A DNA stretch of 64,000 bases from an uncultured delta proteobacterium (GTDB lineage Bacteria > Myxococcota > Myxococcia > Myxococcales > Anaeromyxobacteraceae): assembly GCA_963845515.1 (NCBI GenBank), contig CAWJSR010000049.1:64001-128000 (forward strand). The letters run 5' to 3'. A program made the position numbers and the translations under genes. The notes under the pieces were generated by a model. That model ran no database searches. It was not told the DNA's origin and was given only the letters and a program-made list of their open reading frames with translations. Of this stretch, positions 51,736 to 60,634 are shown one piece after another. Position 1 is the stretch's first letter. Each line of letters starts with the position of its first letter.

Positions 51736-53139
51736 ATGAGCAAGAAGCGCCAGTCGAAGCCCGTCTCCCGCGCGGCGCTGGCCGGGGAAGCAGATCCCCG
51801 CCTCGTCGCGCTCTCGGTCTCCATCCAGGACGACTCGGCCCTCTACGCGGAGGACATCCGCGGGAGCCAGGCCCACGTCACCATGCTCGCGCGCAAGGGG
51901 ATCGTCCCGGCCGCCGTCGCGAAGCGGATCGTCGCCGCGCTCGACCGCGTGCGCGAGGAGTTCGCCGCCGGCAAGATCGCCTTCGACCCGTCCCTCGAGG
52001 ACGTCCACACCCACGTCGAGCGGCGGCTGGGCGAGCTGGTCGGCAAGGACGCCGGCTACCTCCACGCCGGCCGCAGCCGCAACGACCAGGTCGCGCTCGA
52101 CGAGCGGCTCTTCATCGTCGGCGCCTGCGATCGCGCCGACGCCGCGCTCGCCCGGCTCCAGGTCTCCTGCGTGAAGCGCGCGCGCGAGCACGAGGCGACG
52201 CTGCTGCCCGGGTACACCCACCTCCAGCGCGCGCAGCCGGTGACGCTCGCGCACCACCTGCTGGCCCACGTCGAGGCGCTCGGCCGCGATCGCGAGCGGC
52301 TGGGCGAGGTCCGGCGCCGCGGCGCGATCTCGCCGCTCGGCTCCGGCGCGCTCGCCGGCACGACGCTGCCGCTCGACCGCGAGGGGGTCGCGAAGGCGCT
52401 CGGGCTCGGCGGCGTCACCCAGAACTCGCTCGACGCGGTCGCCGACCGCGACAGCGCCATCGAGCTCCTCTTCGCGGTCGCGCTCTCCGCCGTCCACCTC
52501 TCCCGCGTCGGCGAGGAGATCGTCCTCTGGACCACGAAGGAGTTCGGGTTCATGACGCTGGACGACGCCTTCGCGACCGGCTCGTCGCTCATGCCGCAGA
52601 AGAAGAACCCCGACGTCGGCGAGCTGGCGCGCGGCCGCGCCGGGCGCGCCATCGGCGACCTCGTCGCGCTGCTCGCCATCGTGAAGAACCTGCCGCTCAG
52701 CTACAACCGCGACATGCAGGAGGACAAGCGTCCGCTCCTCGGCGCCGCGGACGCGCTGGCCCTGACGGCAGACGCCGTCGCCGGCGCCATCGCGACCGCC
52801 ACGTTCCACGCCGACGTGATGGAGGCCGCGCTCGGGTCGGGCGAGGCGCTCGCCACCGACGCGGCCGAGTACCTCGTCGACCGTGGCGTCCCCTTCCGTG
52901 AGGCGCACGAGGCGGTGGGCAAGGCCGCCAGGCTCGCGACCTCCCGTCGCGCGCCGCTCACGTCGCTCTCGGCGGCCGACTGGAAGGCGATCCACCCGAC
53001 CTTCGAGAAGGACGTGCTGAAGTGCTTCGACGCGCGCCGCTCGCTCTCCCGCCGCGACATCACGGGCGCGCCGGGACCGAAGCAGGTGCGGCGTCAGCTC
53101 GCGCGCTGGGAGAAGGCGCTCGGGATCGTGTCGCGATGA
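51736..53139 (+). CDS. argH: Argininosuccinate lyase
   Basis: [60 protein letters not shown]. Confidence 0.96.
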   Translation: MSKKRQSKPVSRAALAGEADPRLVALSVSIQDDSALYAEDIRGSQAHVTMLARKGIVPAAVAKRIVAALDRVREEFAAGKIAFDPSLEDVHTHVERRLGELVGKDAGYLHAGRSRNDQVALDERLFIVGACDRADAALARLQVSCVKRAREHEATLLPGYTHLQRAQPVTLAHHLLAHVEALGRDRERLGEVRRRGAISPLGSGALAGTTLPLDREGVAKALGLGGVTQNSLDAVADRDSAIELLFAVALSAVHLSRVGEEIVLWTTKEFGFMTLDDAFATGSSLMPQKKNPDVGELARGRAGRAIGDLVALLAIVKNLPLSYNRDMQEDKRPLLGAADALALTADAVAGAIATATFHADVMEAALGSGEALATDAAEYLVDRGVPFREAHEAVGKAARLATSRRAPLTSLSAADWKAIHPTFEKDVLKCFDARRSLSRRDITGAPGPKQVRRQLARWEKALGIVSR

Positions 53140-53272
53140 GCCGGGCGCTCGCGATCGCGGCGGTCCTCGCTCCTGGCGGCGTGCGGGGTCAAGGCCCCGC
53201 CGCGCCCGCCAATCCAGCAGGGCAGCGAACCGGGGCGGCGAGGCTGCCGGAGAGCAGGGGACGAGGCCATGA
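53136..53272 (+). CDS. Small LppL/LptM(YifL)-like lipoprotein, frameshifted
   Basis: [11 protein letters not shown] from ATG 53136, then [13 protein letters not shown] in the +1 frame from 53173; lies between argH and lysA. Confidence 0.65.
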
Positions 53273-54552
53273 ACCACTTCCAGCGCAAGGACGGCGTGCT
53301 CCACGCGGAGGAGATCCCGCTCGCCGAGCTCGCGGACGAGTTCGGCACGCCGCTCTACGTCTACTCGACGGCGACCCTCACCCGGCACTGGAAGGTGCTG
53401 GACGGCTCGCTCCGCGGGCTGCGCCACACCCTCTGCTACGCGGTGAAGGCCAACTCCAACCTCGCCATCCTGTCGCTCTTCGCGAAGCTCGGGTCGGGCT
53501 TCGACATCGTCTCGGGCGGCGAGCTCTTCCGCGTCGTCAAGGCGGGCGGCGACCCGCGCAAGGTGGTCTACAGCGGCGTTGGCAAGCGCGACGACGAGAT
53601 CGCCTTCGCGCTCGAGGCCGGCGTCAGGACGCTGAACGTGGAGAGCGCCGCCGAGCTGGCGCGCGTCTCCATCGTGGCGCGCCGGCTGGGGGCCCGCGCG
53701 CCCGTCGCGCTCCGCGTGAACCCCGACGTCGACCCGAAGACCCACCCGTACATCTCCACCGGCCTCAAGGAGAACAAGTTCGGCGTGGCCGTCGACGAGG
53801 CGCGGCGGCTCTACACCCTCGCGGCGAAGGACCCGGCGCTCCGGATCACCGGCGTCGCGTGCCACATCGGCTCGCAGATCACGACGGTGAAGCCGTTCGT
53901 CGACGCCGCCGGCCGCGTCATGGCCCTCGTGAAGGAGCTCCAGAAGCAGGGGATCGCCTTCGATCACGTCGACCTCGGCGGCGGCCTCGGCATCCGGTAC
54001 GACGACGAGACCCCGCCGGAGCCGGCGGCGTACGGCCGCGCGCTGAAGGCGGCGCTGAAGGGCTTCAAGGGCGAGGTGCTCCTCGAGCCGGGGCGCGTGC
54101 TGGTCGGCAACGCCGGCGTGCTGGTGACCCGTGTCCTCTACGTGAAGCGGAGCGGCAGGAAGACCTTCGTCGTCATCGACGGCGCCATGAACGATCTGGT
54201 CCGTCCGGCCTTCTACGACGCGTTCCACGCGATCGAGCCGGTGGCGGCGCCGCGGAAGGGGACGAAGGAGATCGTGGCCGACGTGGTGGGCCCGATCTGC
54301 GAGTCGGGCGACTTCCTCGCGAAGAAGCGCAAGCTCCCGGCGCCGGAGCACGGAGATCTCCTGGCCGTCCGCTCCGCCGGCGCCTACGGCTTCGCGATGT
54401 CCTCCAACTACAACACCAGGGCGCGAGCCGCCGAGGTGCTGGTCGACGGGCGGACGGCGTACCTGGCCCGCCGCCGCGAGACCTGGGAGGACCTGGTCCG
54501 CGGGGAGGAGCCTCGCCCGAAGGCGACGCGATTCTCCAGGAAGCGCAGATAG
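53269..54552 (+). CDS. lysA: Diaminopimelate decarboxylase
   Basis: GTPLYVYS, YAVKANSN, HPYISTGLKENKFG, HIGSQ, DLGGG, EPGR, GPICESGD, SSNYN. Confidence 0.96.
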   Translation: MNHFQRKDGVLHAEEIPLAELADEFGTPLYVYSTATLTRHWKVLDGSLRGLRHTLCYAVKANSNLAILSLFAKLGSGFDIVSGGELFRVVKAGGDPRKVVYSGVGKRDDEIAFALEAGVRTLNVESAAELARVSIVARRLGARAPVALRVNPDVDPKTHPYISTGLKENKFGVAVDEARRLYTLAAKDPALRITGVACHIGSQITTVKPFVDAAGRVMALVKELQKQGIAFDHVDLGGGLGIRYDDETPPEPAAYGRALKAALKGFKGEVLLEPGRVLVGNAGVLVTRVLYVKRSGRKTFVVIDGAMNDLVRPAFYDAFHAIEPVAAPRKGTKEIVADVVGPICESGDFLAKKRKLPAPEHGDLLAVRSAGAYGFAMSSNYNTRARAAEVLVDGRTAYLARRRETWEDLVRGEEPRPKATRFSRKRR

Positions 54553-54608
54553 GCTACAGTTCCCGATCCCCTACGGCCCGCAAGGCGGACCGCAACGGAG
54601 CACCGAAA

Positions 54609-55499
54609 ATGGCCCGATTCGAAGGCTCGATGGTCGCCGTCGTCACCCCGATGAAGGACGGCGGCGTCGATCACAAGTCGCTGCGCGATCTCGTCGAGTT
54701 CCAGCTCGCCGAGGGGACCGACGGCATCATCCCCTGTGGCACGACCGGCGAGGCGGCGACGCTCACGGCGAAGGAGCGGTACGAGGTCGTCAAGGCGGTG
54801 GTCGAGCAGGTCCGCGGGCGCGCGCTCGTCATCGCCGGCGCCGGCTCCAACGCCACCCATGAGGCGATAGACGGGGTGAAGGCCGCGAAGGAGCTGAAGG
54901 CCGACGCCGCGCTCGTCGTCACGCCCTACTACAACAAGCCCCAGCCCGAGGGGCTCTACCTCCACTACACGGCCATCTGGGACGCGACGAAGTTCCCGGT
55001 GGTGGCCTACAACGTCCCCGGGCGCACCGCGGTGGACATGATGCCCGACACCGTCGCGCGGCTCGCGAAGACCGGCGCCATCGTCGCCATCAAGGAGGCG
55101 ACGGCAAACATGGACCGGCAGGTCCAGCTGATCGAGAAGGTCGGCAAGGACGCCATCTCCTACCTCTCCGGCGACGACTTCACGGTCCTGCCCTACATCG
55201 CCTGCGGCGGCCACGGCGTCATCTCCGTCGTCGCCAACATCATCCCGCGCGCCATGAAGGAGCTGGTGGTCGCGTGCCGCAAGGGTGACTTCGCGAAGGC
55301 GCTGGAGCTCCAGGTGGCGATGGCGGAGCTCAACCGGATGATGTTCGTCGAGACCAACCCTGCGCCCGTGAAGGCGGCGGTCGCGCTGCTCGGCAAGGCG
55401 GGGCCGGAGATCCGGCTGCCGCTCGCGAGGGTCTCCGACGCCAGCCTCGCGAAGGTCCGCGAGGCGATGGTCAGGTTCGGGCTGAAGATCGCGGCGTAG
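54609..55499 (+). CDS. dapA: 4-hydroxy-tetrahydrodipicolinate synthase
   Basis: [44 protein letters not shown]. Confidence 0.96.
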   Translation: MARFEGSMVAVVTPMKDGGVDHKSLRDLVEFQLAEGTDGIIPCGTTGEAATLTAKERYEVVKAVVEQVRGRALVIAGAGSNATHEAIDGVKAAKELKADAALVVTPYYNKPQPEGLYLHYTAIWDATKFPVVAYNVPGRTAVDMMPDTVARLAKTGAIVAIKEATANMDRQVQLIEKVGKDAISYLSGDDFTVLPYIACGGHGVISVVANIIPRAMKELVVACRKGDFAKALELQVAMAELNRMMFVETNPAPVKAAVALLGKAGPEIRLPLARVSDASLAKVREAMVRFGLKIAA

Positions 55500-55544
55500 C
55501 CCCCTCACCCTCGCCCTCTCCCCCGGGTGGGCGGGGGAGAGGGG
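55500..55544 (+). repeat. BoxC/REP-like palindromic element, copy 4 (dapA-dapB intergenic)
   Basis: ccccctcaccctcg-ccctctcccccg-ggtggg-cgggggagaggg. Confidence 0.75.
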
Positions 55545-55564
55545 ATAAGGTGGCGCGAGTCCTC

Positions 55565-56371
55565 ATGGCAAACGTCGTCGTCACCGGCGCCGCCGGTCGC
55601 ATGGGCATCCAGATCGTCCGCATGGTGAAGGAGGCCAGGGGGCTCACCCTCTCCGGCGCCGTGGAGCGCCCCGGCTACCCGGCCGGGCAGGACGCCGGCC
55701 TGATCGCCGGCGTCGGCCCGCTCGGCGTGGACATCGTCGACGCGCTCGGGAGGGCGCTCCCCGGCGCAGACGTCGTCATCGACTTCACCGCCTTCGAGGC
55801 GTCGGTGAGCCACGCCGCACTCTGTGCCGAGAAGGGGGTCGCGCTCGTCATCGGCTCCACCGGCTTCACCGCAGAGGCGAAGGCGAAGATCGCCGGGTTC
55901 GCGAAGAAGATCCCGGTCGTCCTCTCACCCAACATGAGCGTCGGCGTGAACGTGATGTTCGACCTCGTGCGGCGCGCGGCCGCGATCCTGGGCGAGGCCT
56001 ACGACATCGAGCTGGTGGAGCTCCACCACAAGCTGAAGAAGGACGCGCCGAGCGGGACCGCGATGCGGCTCGCCGAGGTCGCCGCCGAGGCCCGCGGCCT
56101 CGACCCGGCGAAGGAGCTGAACTACGCCCGCCACGGGATGATCGGCGAGCGCCCCGCGCGCGAGATCGGGGTGCAGACGATCCGCGGCGGCGACATCGTC
56201 GGCGAGCACACCGTCTACTACTGCGGCGAGGGGGAGCGGCTGGAGATCACGCACCGCGCGACCAGCCGCGACCAGTTCGCGCGCGGCGCCGTCCGCGCCG
56301 CGCAGTGGGCCGCCGGGAAGCCTGCCGGGCTCTACGACATGGCCGACGTGCTCGGCCTGAAGGGCGCCTGA
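55565..56371 (+). CDS. dapB: 4-hydroxy-tetrahydrodipicolinate reductase
   Basis: [50 protein letters not shown]. Confidence 0.96.
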   Translation: MANVVVTGAAGRMGIQIVRMVKEARGLTLSGAVERPGYPAGQDAGLIAGVGPLGVDIVDALGRALPGADVVIDFTAFEASVSHAALCAEKGVALVIGSTGFTAEAKAKIAGFAKKIPVVLSPNMSVGVNVMFDLVRRAAAILGEAYDIELVELHHKLKKDAPSGTAMRLAEVAAEARGLDPAKELNYARHGMIGERPAREIGVQTIRGGDIVGEHTVYYCGEGERLEITHRATSRDQFARGAVRAAQWAAGKPAGLYDMADVLGLKGA

Positions 56372-57123
56372 TGCGCTACGTCCGCTACCGCCGCGCGGGG
56401 CAGGAGCGCTACGGCCAGATCGAGAAGGAGCTGGTGCGCCCGCTCACGGGCCCGCCGTGGCTCGGGGGAACCCCCGAGGGCTCGCCGCTCCCGCTCGCCG
56501 ACGTCCAGCTCCTCGCCCCCGCCCAGCCCTCCAAGATCGTCTGCGTCGGCAGGAACTACATGGCGCACGCGAAGGAGATGGGGTGGGAGGTGCCGAAGGA
56601 GCCGCTCATCTTCCTCAAGCCTTCGACCGCGGTGATCGGCCCCGGCGACGAGATCCGCTGCCCGCCGCAGTCCAAGGAGGTCCACTTCGAGGCCGAGCTG
56701 GGGGTCGTGATCGGGAGGCCGCTCACGCGCGTCTCGACGAGCGAGGCCAGGCTGGGGATCCTCGGCTGGACCTGCGTGAACGACGTGACCGCGCGCGACA
56801 TCCAGCGGGAGGAGAAGCAGTTCACCCGCGCGAAGGGGTTCGACACCTTCTGCCCGATCGGCCCGTGGATCGAGACCAACCTCGATCCGCTCGAGGTCTC
56901 GGTCGTCTGCAGGCTCAACGGGGAGGAGAGGCAGCGCGGCTACCCGCGGGACATGGCCTTCGACCCCTTCGCCATCGTCTCCTACGTCTCGCACGTCATG
57001 ACGCTGCTGCCCGGCGACGTGATCGCGACCGGCACGCCGGAGGGGGTCGGTGCCATCCAGCGCGGTGACTGGGTCGAGGTGGAGGTGACCGGGATCGGGG
57101 TGCTGAAGAATCCGGTCGTCTGA
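56371..57123 (+). CDS. Fumarylacetoacetate hydrolase family protein
   Basis: PSKIVCVGRNY, EPLIFLKP, HFEAELGVVIG, NDVTARD, AKGFDTFCPIGP, TLLPGDVIATGTP. Confidence 0.92.
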   Translation: MRYVRYRRAGQERYGQIEKELVRPLTGPPWLGGTPEGSPLPLADVQLLAPAQPSKIVCVGRNYMAHAKEMGWEVPKEPLIFLKPSTAVIGPGDEIRCPPQSKEVHFEAELGVVIGRPLTRVSTSEARLGILGWTCVNDVTARDIQREEKQFTRAKGFDTFCPIGPWIETNLDPLEVSVVCRLNGEERQRGYPRDMAFDPFAIVSYVSHVMTLLPGDVIATGTPEGVGAIQRGDWVEVEVTGIGVLKNPVV

Positions 57124-57148
57124 GCCCCCCGGACGCCTCGCCCCGCGG

Positions 57149-58450
57149 CTACTCCGGGCGCTCGACGGTCGGCGCGGCGATCGGAAGCAGGACGCGGATC
57201 ACGTTGCCGTGCGCGGGGTCGCTCTCCGCCCGAACGTCTCCGCCGACCGCGCGGACGATCCCCAGCACCGCGCCGAGGCCGGCGGCGCCGCCGGCCCGCG
57301 CCTGTCCGAAGAACGGCTCACATAGGTGGAGCATCTCCTCCGGCGGACGGGCCGGCCCGTCGTCGCGGATCTCGATCACCAGCCGCAGCGGTCCGTCGCA
57401 GTGGCCGGTGACGCGGATCTCGCGGCGATCCGTTCCTCCCGGCGGCATCGCCTCCGCTGCGTGGCGCAGCAGGCTCCCGATCGCGCGCGCCAGCCGGCTG
57501 TCCTTCCCGGCGACCCGGGGCAGCTCCGGGATGTCGACGACGAGCCCGGCGCGACGCTCCACCTGCTCCCGGGACTCCGCGACCGCCTCGGCGACCACGT
57601 CGCGCACGTCGGTGGCGCCGTCTCCATCGCCGACGCCACCCGCGAAGGCCCTGAGGTCGTGCATCAGCTCCCCGACCCTGCGCGCGGACCCCTGGGCGTC
57701 CGCGAGGGCGCGCCGGATCTCCTCGCCGTCGGTGACGTCCGGCGGGAGCGCGTCGAGCGCGAACGAGACGTTGCTCAGCACGCAGCTGAGCGGGTTGTTG
57801 ATGTGGTGGCAGAGGCCGGCCGCGACGGAGCCGACGGCAGCCAGGCGCTCGGCCGCCATGAGGCGCGCCTGCGTCCGCCGGGCCTCGGTGACGTCCTCGA
57901 CGACTCCGATGAGGAAGCGGAACCGTCCGCGCTCGTCCCGGACGGCGCTCGCGCGCAAGGACATCGGGACCTCCTTGCCGTCCTTGCGCACGTACCAGCG
58001 GTCGTCGGAGTAGGAGTCCAGCTCCCCGGCAGCGAGCTTCCGAAGCCACGACATGGCGCGGCCGCGGTCCGCCGGCCGGTTCAGGTCGGCGATCCCCAGC
58101 GACGTCAGCTCGGCGGCGGTGTAGCCGAGCACGTCCTGGAGGGCGGCGTTCGCCTCCAGCACCCGCCCCTCGCCGTCGGCGAGGAGCATGCCGAAGCGGG
58201 CGTACGCGAAGGCGCTCCTGAGCTTCTCCTCCGCGAGGTGCGCGTGGTGCTCCGCCTCGTGCCAGCGCTTCGTGGAGCGCGAGGCGCTGCGCCCCAGCCA
58301 CGCGGCGCCGATGGCCGCCGCGCAGGCGAACCCCGCCTCCAGGAGCGCCGAGGTGTCGTCGTGGCGGAACGAGATGAGCGCGGCGAAGGCCGAGGTGCTG
58401 GCGGAGAGCAGCGTCAGGGCTACGACGCCGTGATGGTGCGAGTCCGTCAT
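57149..58450 (-). CDS. PAS-domain histidine-kinase-like protein with degenerate ATPase boxes
   Basis: Two TMs, PAS/PAC (YVRKDG), ERLAAVGSVAAGLCHHINNPL; altered N, G1 and G2 boxes. Confidence 0.82.
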   Translation of the reverse strand: MTDSHHHGVVALTLLSASTSAFAALISFRHDDTSALLEAGFACAAAIGAAWLGRSASRSTKRWHEAEHHAHLAEEKLRSAFAYARFGMLLADGEGRVLEANAALQDVLGYTAAELTSLGIADLNRPADRGRAMSWLRKLAAGELDSYSDDRWYVRKDGKEVPMSLRASAVRDERGRFRFLIGVVEDVTEARRTQARLMAAERLAAVGSVAAGLCHHINNPLSCVLSNVSFALDALPPDVTDGEEIRRALADAQGSARRVGELMHDLRAFAGGVGDGDGATDVRDVVAEAVAESREQVERRAGLVVDIPELPRVAGKDSRLARAIGSLLRHAAEAMPPGGTDRREIRVTGHCDGPLRLVIEIRDDGPARPPEEMLHLCEPFFGQARAGGAAGLGAVLGIVRAVGGDVRAESDPAHGNVIRVLLPIAAPTVERPE

Positions 58451-58522
58451 GGATCTGTGTCCGTCGCTGTCAGCGTCGCTCACTCCCCCCCCCCTCCCCC
58501 AACGCCCTGGCTCGTCGTGATC

Positions 58523-60229
58523 CTAGAAGCGGCGGTACTGGCGATCGCGCTGCCCGGCGGTGTCACCCGACGCCAGGGCCGCCTGAGGCAGCGCCGCGGC
58601 GTCACCGTGGGCGCGGGCTGCCGGCGCCGGGATGACGGGGTGGGGCTGGTAGGGTCGCTGCAGCAGCGCAGCGGCGTGCTGGGCCGCGCTGGAGCTCCCT
58701 CTGGCGTGGGCGTTGGCCGCGCGCTCGAGCCCCGCGTCGAGCCGGAAGAAGGACATCAGCGACTGGAGCGACTCCGCCTGACTGGACATCTCCTCCGCCG
58801 TGGACGAGAGCTCCTCCGCTGCCGAGGCGTTGCGCTGCGTCACCTGGTCCACCTGCGACATCGCCCTGTTGATCTGCGCGACGCCGCTGGACTGCTCCTG
58901 GCTGGCCGCCGCGACCTCCTGGACCAGGTCCGCCGTCTTCCGGATCGAGGGCACGAGCTCCGCGAGCAGCTTCCCGGATCGCTCGGCGACCTTCACGCTG
59001 CTCCCGGCGAGCGCGCCGATCTCCTTGGCCGCGACCTGCGCCCGCTCGGCGAGCTTGCGGACCTCCTGCGCCACCACCGCGAACCCCCTCCCGTGCTCGC
59101 CGGCGCGGGCGGCCTCGATGGCGGCGTTGAGGGCGAGCAGGTTGGTCTGGTACGCGATCTCCTCGATGATCGAGGTCCGCTCGGCGATCTCCTTCATGGC
59201 GCCGACCGTCTCGACCACGGCGCGGCCGCTCTCGTCCGCGTTCTGCGCGCTGCCGTTCGCCATCTCCTCGGTCTGCCGGCTGTTCTCGGCGTTCTGGCCG
59301 ATGGAGGCACCCATCTCCTCTAGCGACGAGGTGGTCTCCTCCACGCTCGCGGCCTGCTCGCCGGTCCCCTGCGAGAGCACCTGCGACGTCGAGGACACCT
59401 GGCCGGCGGCCGACGCGAGCGCGTCCGCGCCGGTCCTGACCTCGCCGATGATCTGCTGGAGCTTCTCGGTCATCGCGCGGATGGAGGCCTGGAGCTGTCC
59501 GATCTCGTCCTCGCTCTCCACGACGATGTTCTCGCGCAGGTCGCCCGCGGCGATCTTGTCGGTCAACGTCACGACCTTCAGGACCGGGACCGTGATGCTG
59601 CGCGTGACGAGCCCGGCGATGAGCGCAGCCAGCAGCACCGAGAGCACGATGATCGACAGGACCGCGATGCGGGCGGCGGCGTAGGACGCCTGCGACTCCT
59701 CGCGCGCAGCCGCCATCTGCTCGCCCTCGTAGGCGACCATCGCGTCCCACGCGTCGTTCACCAGCATGAGCTTGGGGATGACCTCCTTGATGGCGACCGC
59801 CTGCGCCTCCTCCAGGCGCCCGTCGAGCAGCAGCCCCTTTGCGCGGTTGTAGGGGTCCAGGTAGCCGGCGCGGGCCTCCTGCACGCCCCTCAGCAGCTCC
59901 TTGCCCCTGGCGCGCACCACGTTGGCCTGGCGCTTCTCCACGAGCGCGACCGCCGCGCGCCGGTTGGCGTCCATCGCGGCGAGGATCCGCTCGATGTCGG
60001 CCTTCTCCCTGGAGAGGAAGAGCTGCCCGGTCAGGGAGGCCTGGAGCTGGGCCCGCTCGGCCCCCTCGGCTGCGATCTGCGCCTTTCCCCAGCGCTCGAT
60101 CGCGACCTCGTCCATGTGCTCGTTGATGCTCGCCATGCGGCTGAGGCCGAGCCAGCCGACTGCGATGAGCACCAGGATCAGGAACGAGAACGCCAGCGCC
60201 AGCCGGGTGCCGATACGGAGCTTCGTCAC
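58523..60229 (-). CDS. Methyl-accepting chemotaxis protein (four-helix-bundle sensor, HAMP)
   Basis: [13 protein letters not shown]1, TM2-ITVP HAMP (DEIGQL), [40 protein letters not shown]-terminal pentapeptide-like QYRRF. Confidence 0.93.
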   Translation of the reverse strand: MTKLRIGTRLALAFSFLILVLIAVGWLGLSRMASINEHMDEVAIERWGKAQIAAEGAERAQLQASLTGQLFLSREKADIERILAAMDANRRAAVALVEKRQANVVRARGKELLRGVQEARAGYLDPYNRAKGLLLDGRLEEAQAVAIKEVIPKLMLVNDAWDAMVAYEGEQMAAAREESQASYAAARIAVLSIIVLSVLLAALIAGLVTRSITVPVLKVVTLTDKIAAGDLRENIVVESEDEIGQLQASIRAMTEKLQQIIGEVRTGADALASAAGQVSSTSQVLSQGTGEQAASVEETTSSLEEMGASIGQNAENSRQTEEMANGSAQNADESGRAVVETVGAMKEIAERTSIIEEIAYQTNLLALNAAIEAARAGEHGRGFAVVAQEVRKLAERAQVAAKEIGALAGSSVKVAERSGKLLAELVPSIRKTADLVQEVAAASQEQSSGVAQINRAMSQVDQVTQRNASAAEELSSTAEEMSSQAESLQSLMSFFRLDAGLERAANAHARGSSSAAQHAAALLQRPYQPHPVIPAPAARAHGDAAALPQAALASGDTAGQRDRQYRRF

Positions 60230-60374
60230 GGATCTCTCTCCCGGTGCGCCGGTCCTGCGCACCATTCGGATTCCCAGCCCTGACTCGGGTCCGGGTGATT
60301 CATCGATCTCGAGGACACCAGCCGCCGACAGCGCTCTCCGCAAGGTCGCGGCCCCCGGAGCGCAGACGAGCGTC

Positions 60375-60390
60375 TGCAACGCGAGTGCCG
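60375..60390 (-). promoter_or_regulatory. Putative sigma54 (-24/-12) promoter of the MCP
   Basis: Minus strand CGGCACTCGCGTTGCA matches YGGCAC-N5-TTGCW spacing. Confidence 0.55.
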
Positions 60391-60568
60391 GGTCTGCCAC
60401 GGTCGCGGGGTGGGTGCGGCAGGCCGCCGCACCCAGAGTTCAGGCCCGAAAGGAGTAGGTAAGCGAGAGCTAGCGACGCGACGCGTCGCGATGAGTTGAC
60501 CGAACGTGAATGAGGTCGCGCAGGACCCGGGGTTCGCCTGCGCGGGTCGGCGCGGTCCGGCCGGGCGC

Positions 60569-60610
60569 GAACGAAGACTCCCCGCCCTGCGCCAGGCAGG
60601 GCGGGGAGTC
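60569..60610 (-). terminator. Intrinsic terminator downstream of the multicopper oxidase
   Basis: Perfect 15-bp stem gactccccgccctgc/gcagggcggggagtc with ttcgttc tail on the minus strand. Confidence 0.7.
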
Positions 60611-60634
60611 AGGACTCCGAGCTGGCCGTGGGGC

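Noticed and set aside
58484..58500. Poly-C tract as a phase-variation site
   Set aside because: It is intergenic, reads as a G-rich RBS-like stretch on the minus strand, and homopolymer length is unreliable in this assembly.
60230..60530. c-di-GMP riboswitch upstream of the MCP
   Set aside because: Hairpins are present, but I could not find the GEMM-type consensus elements.
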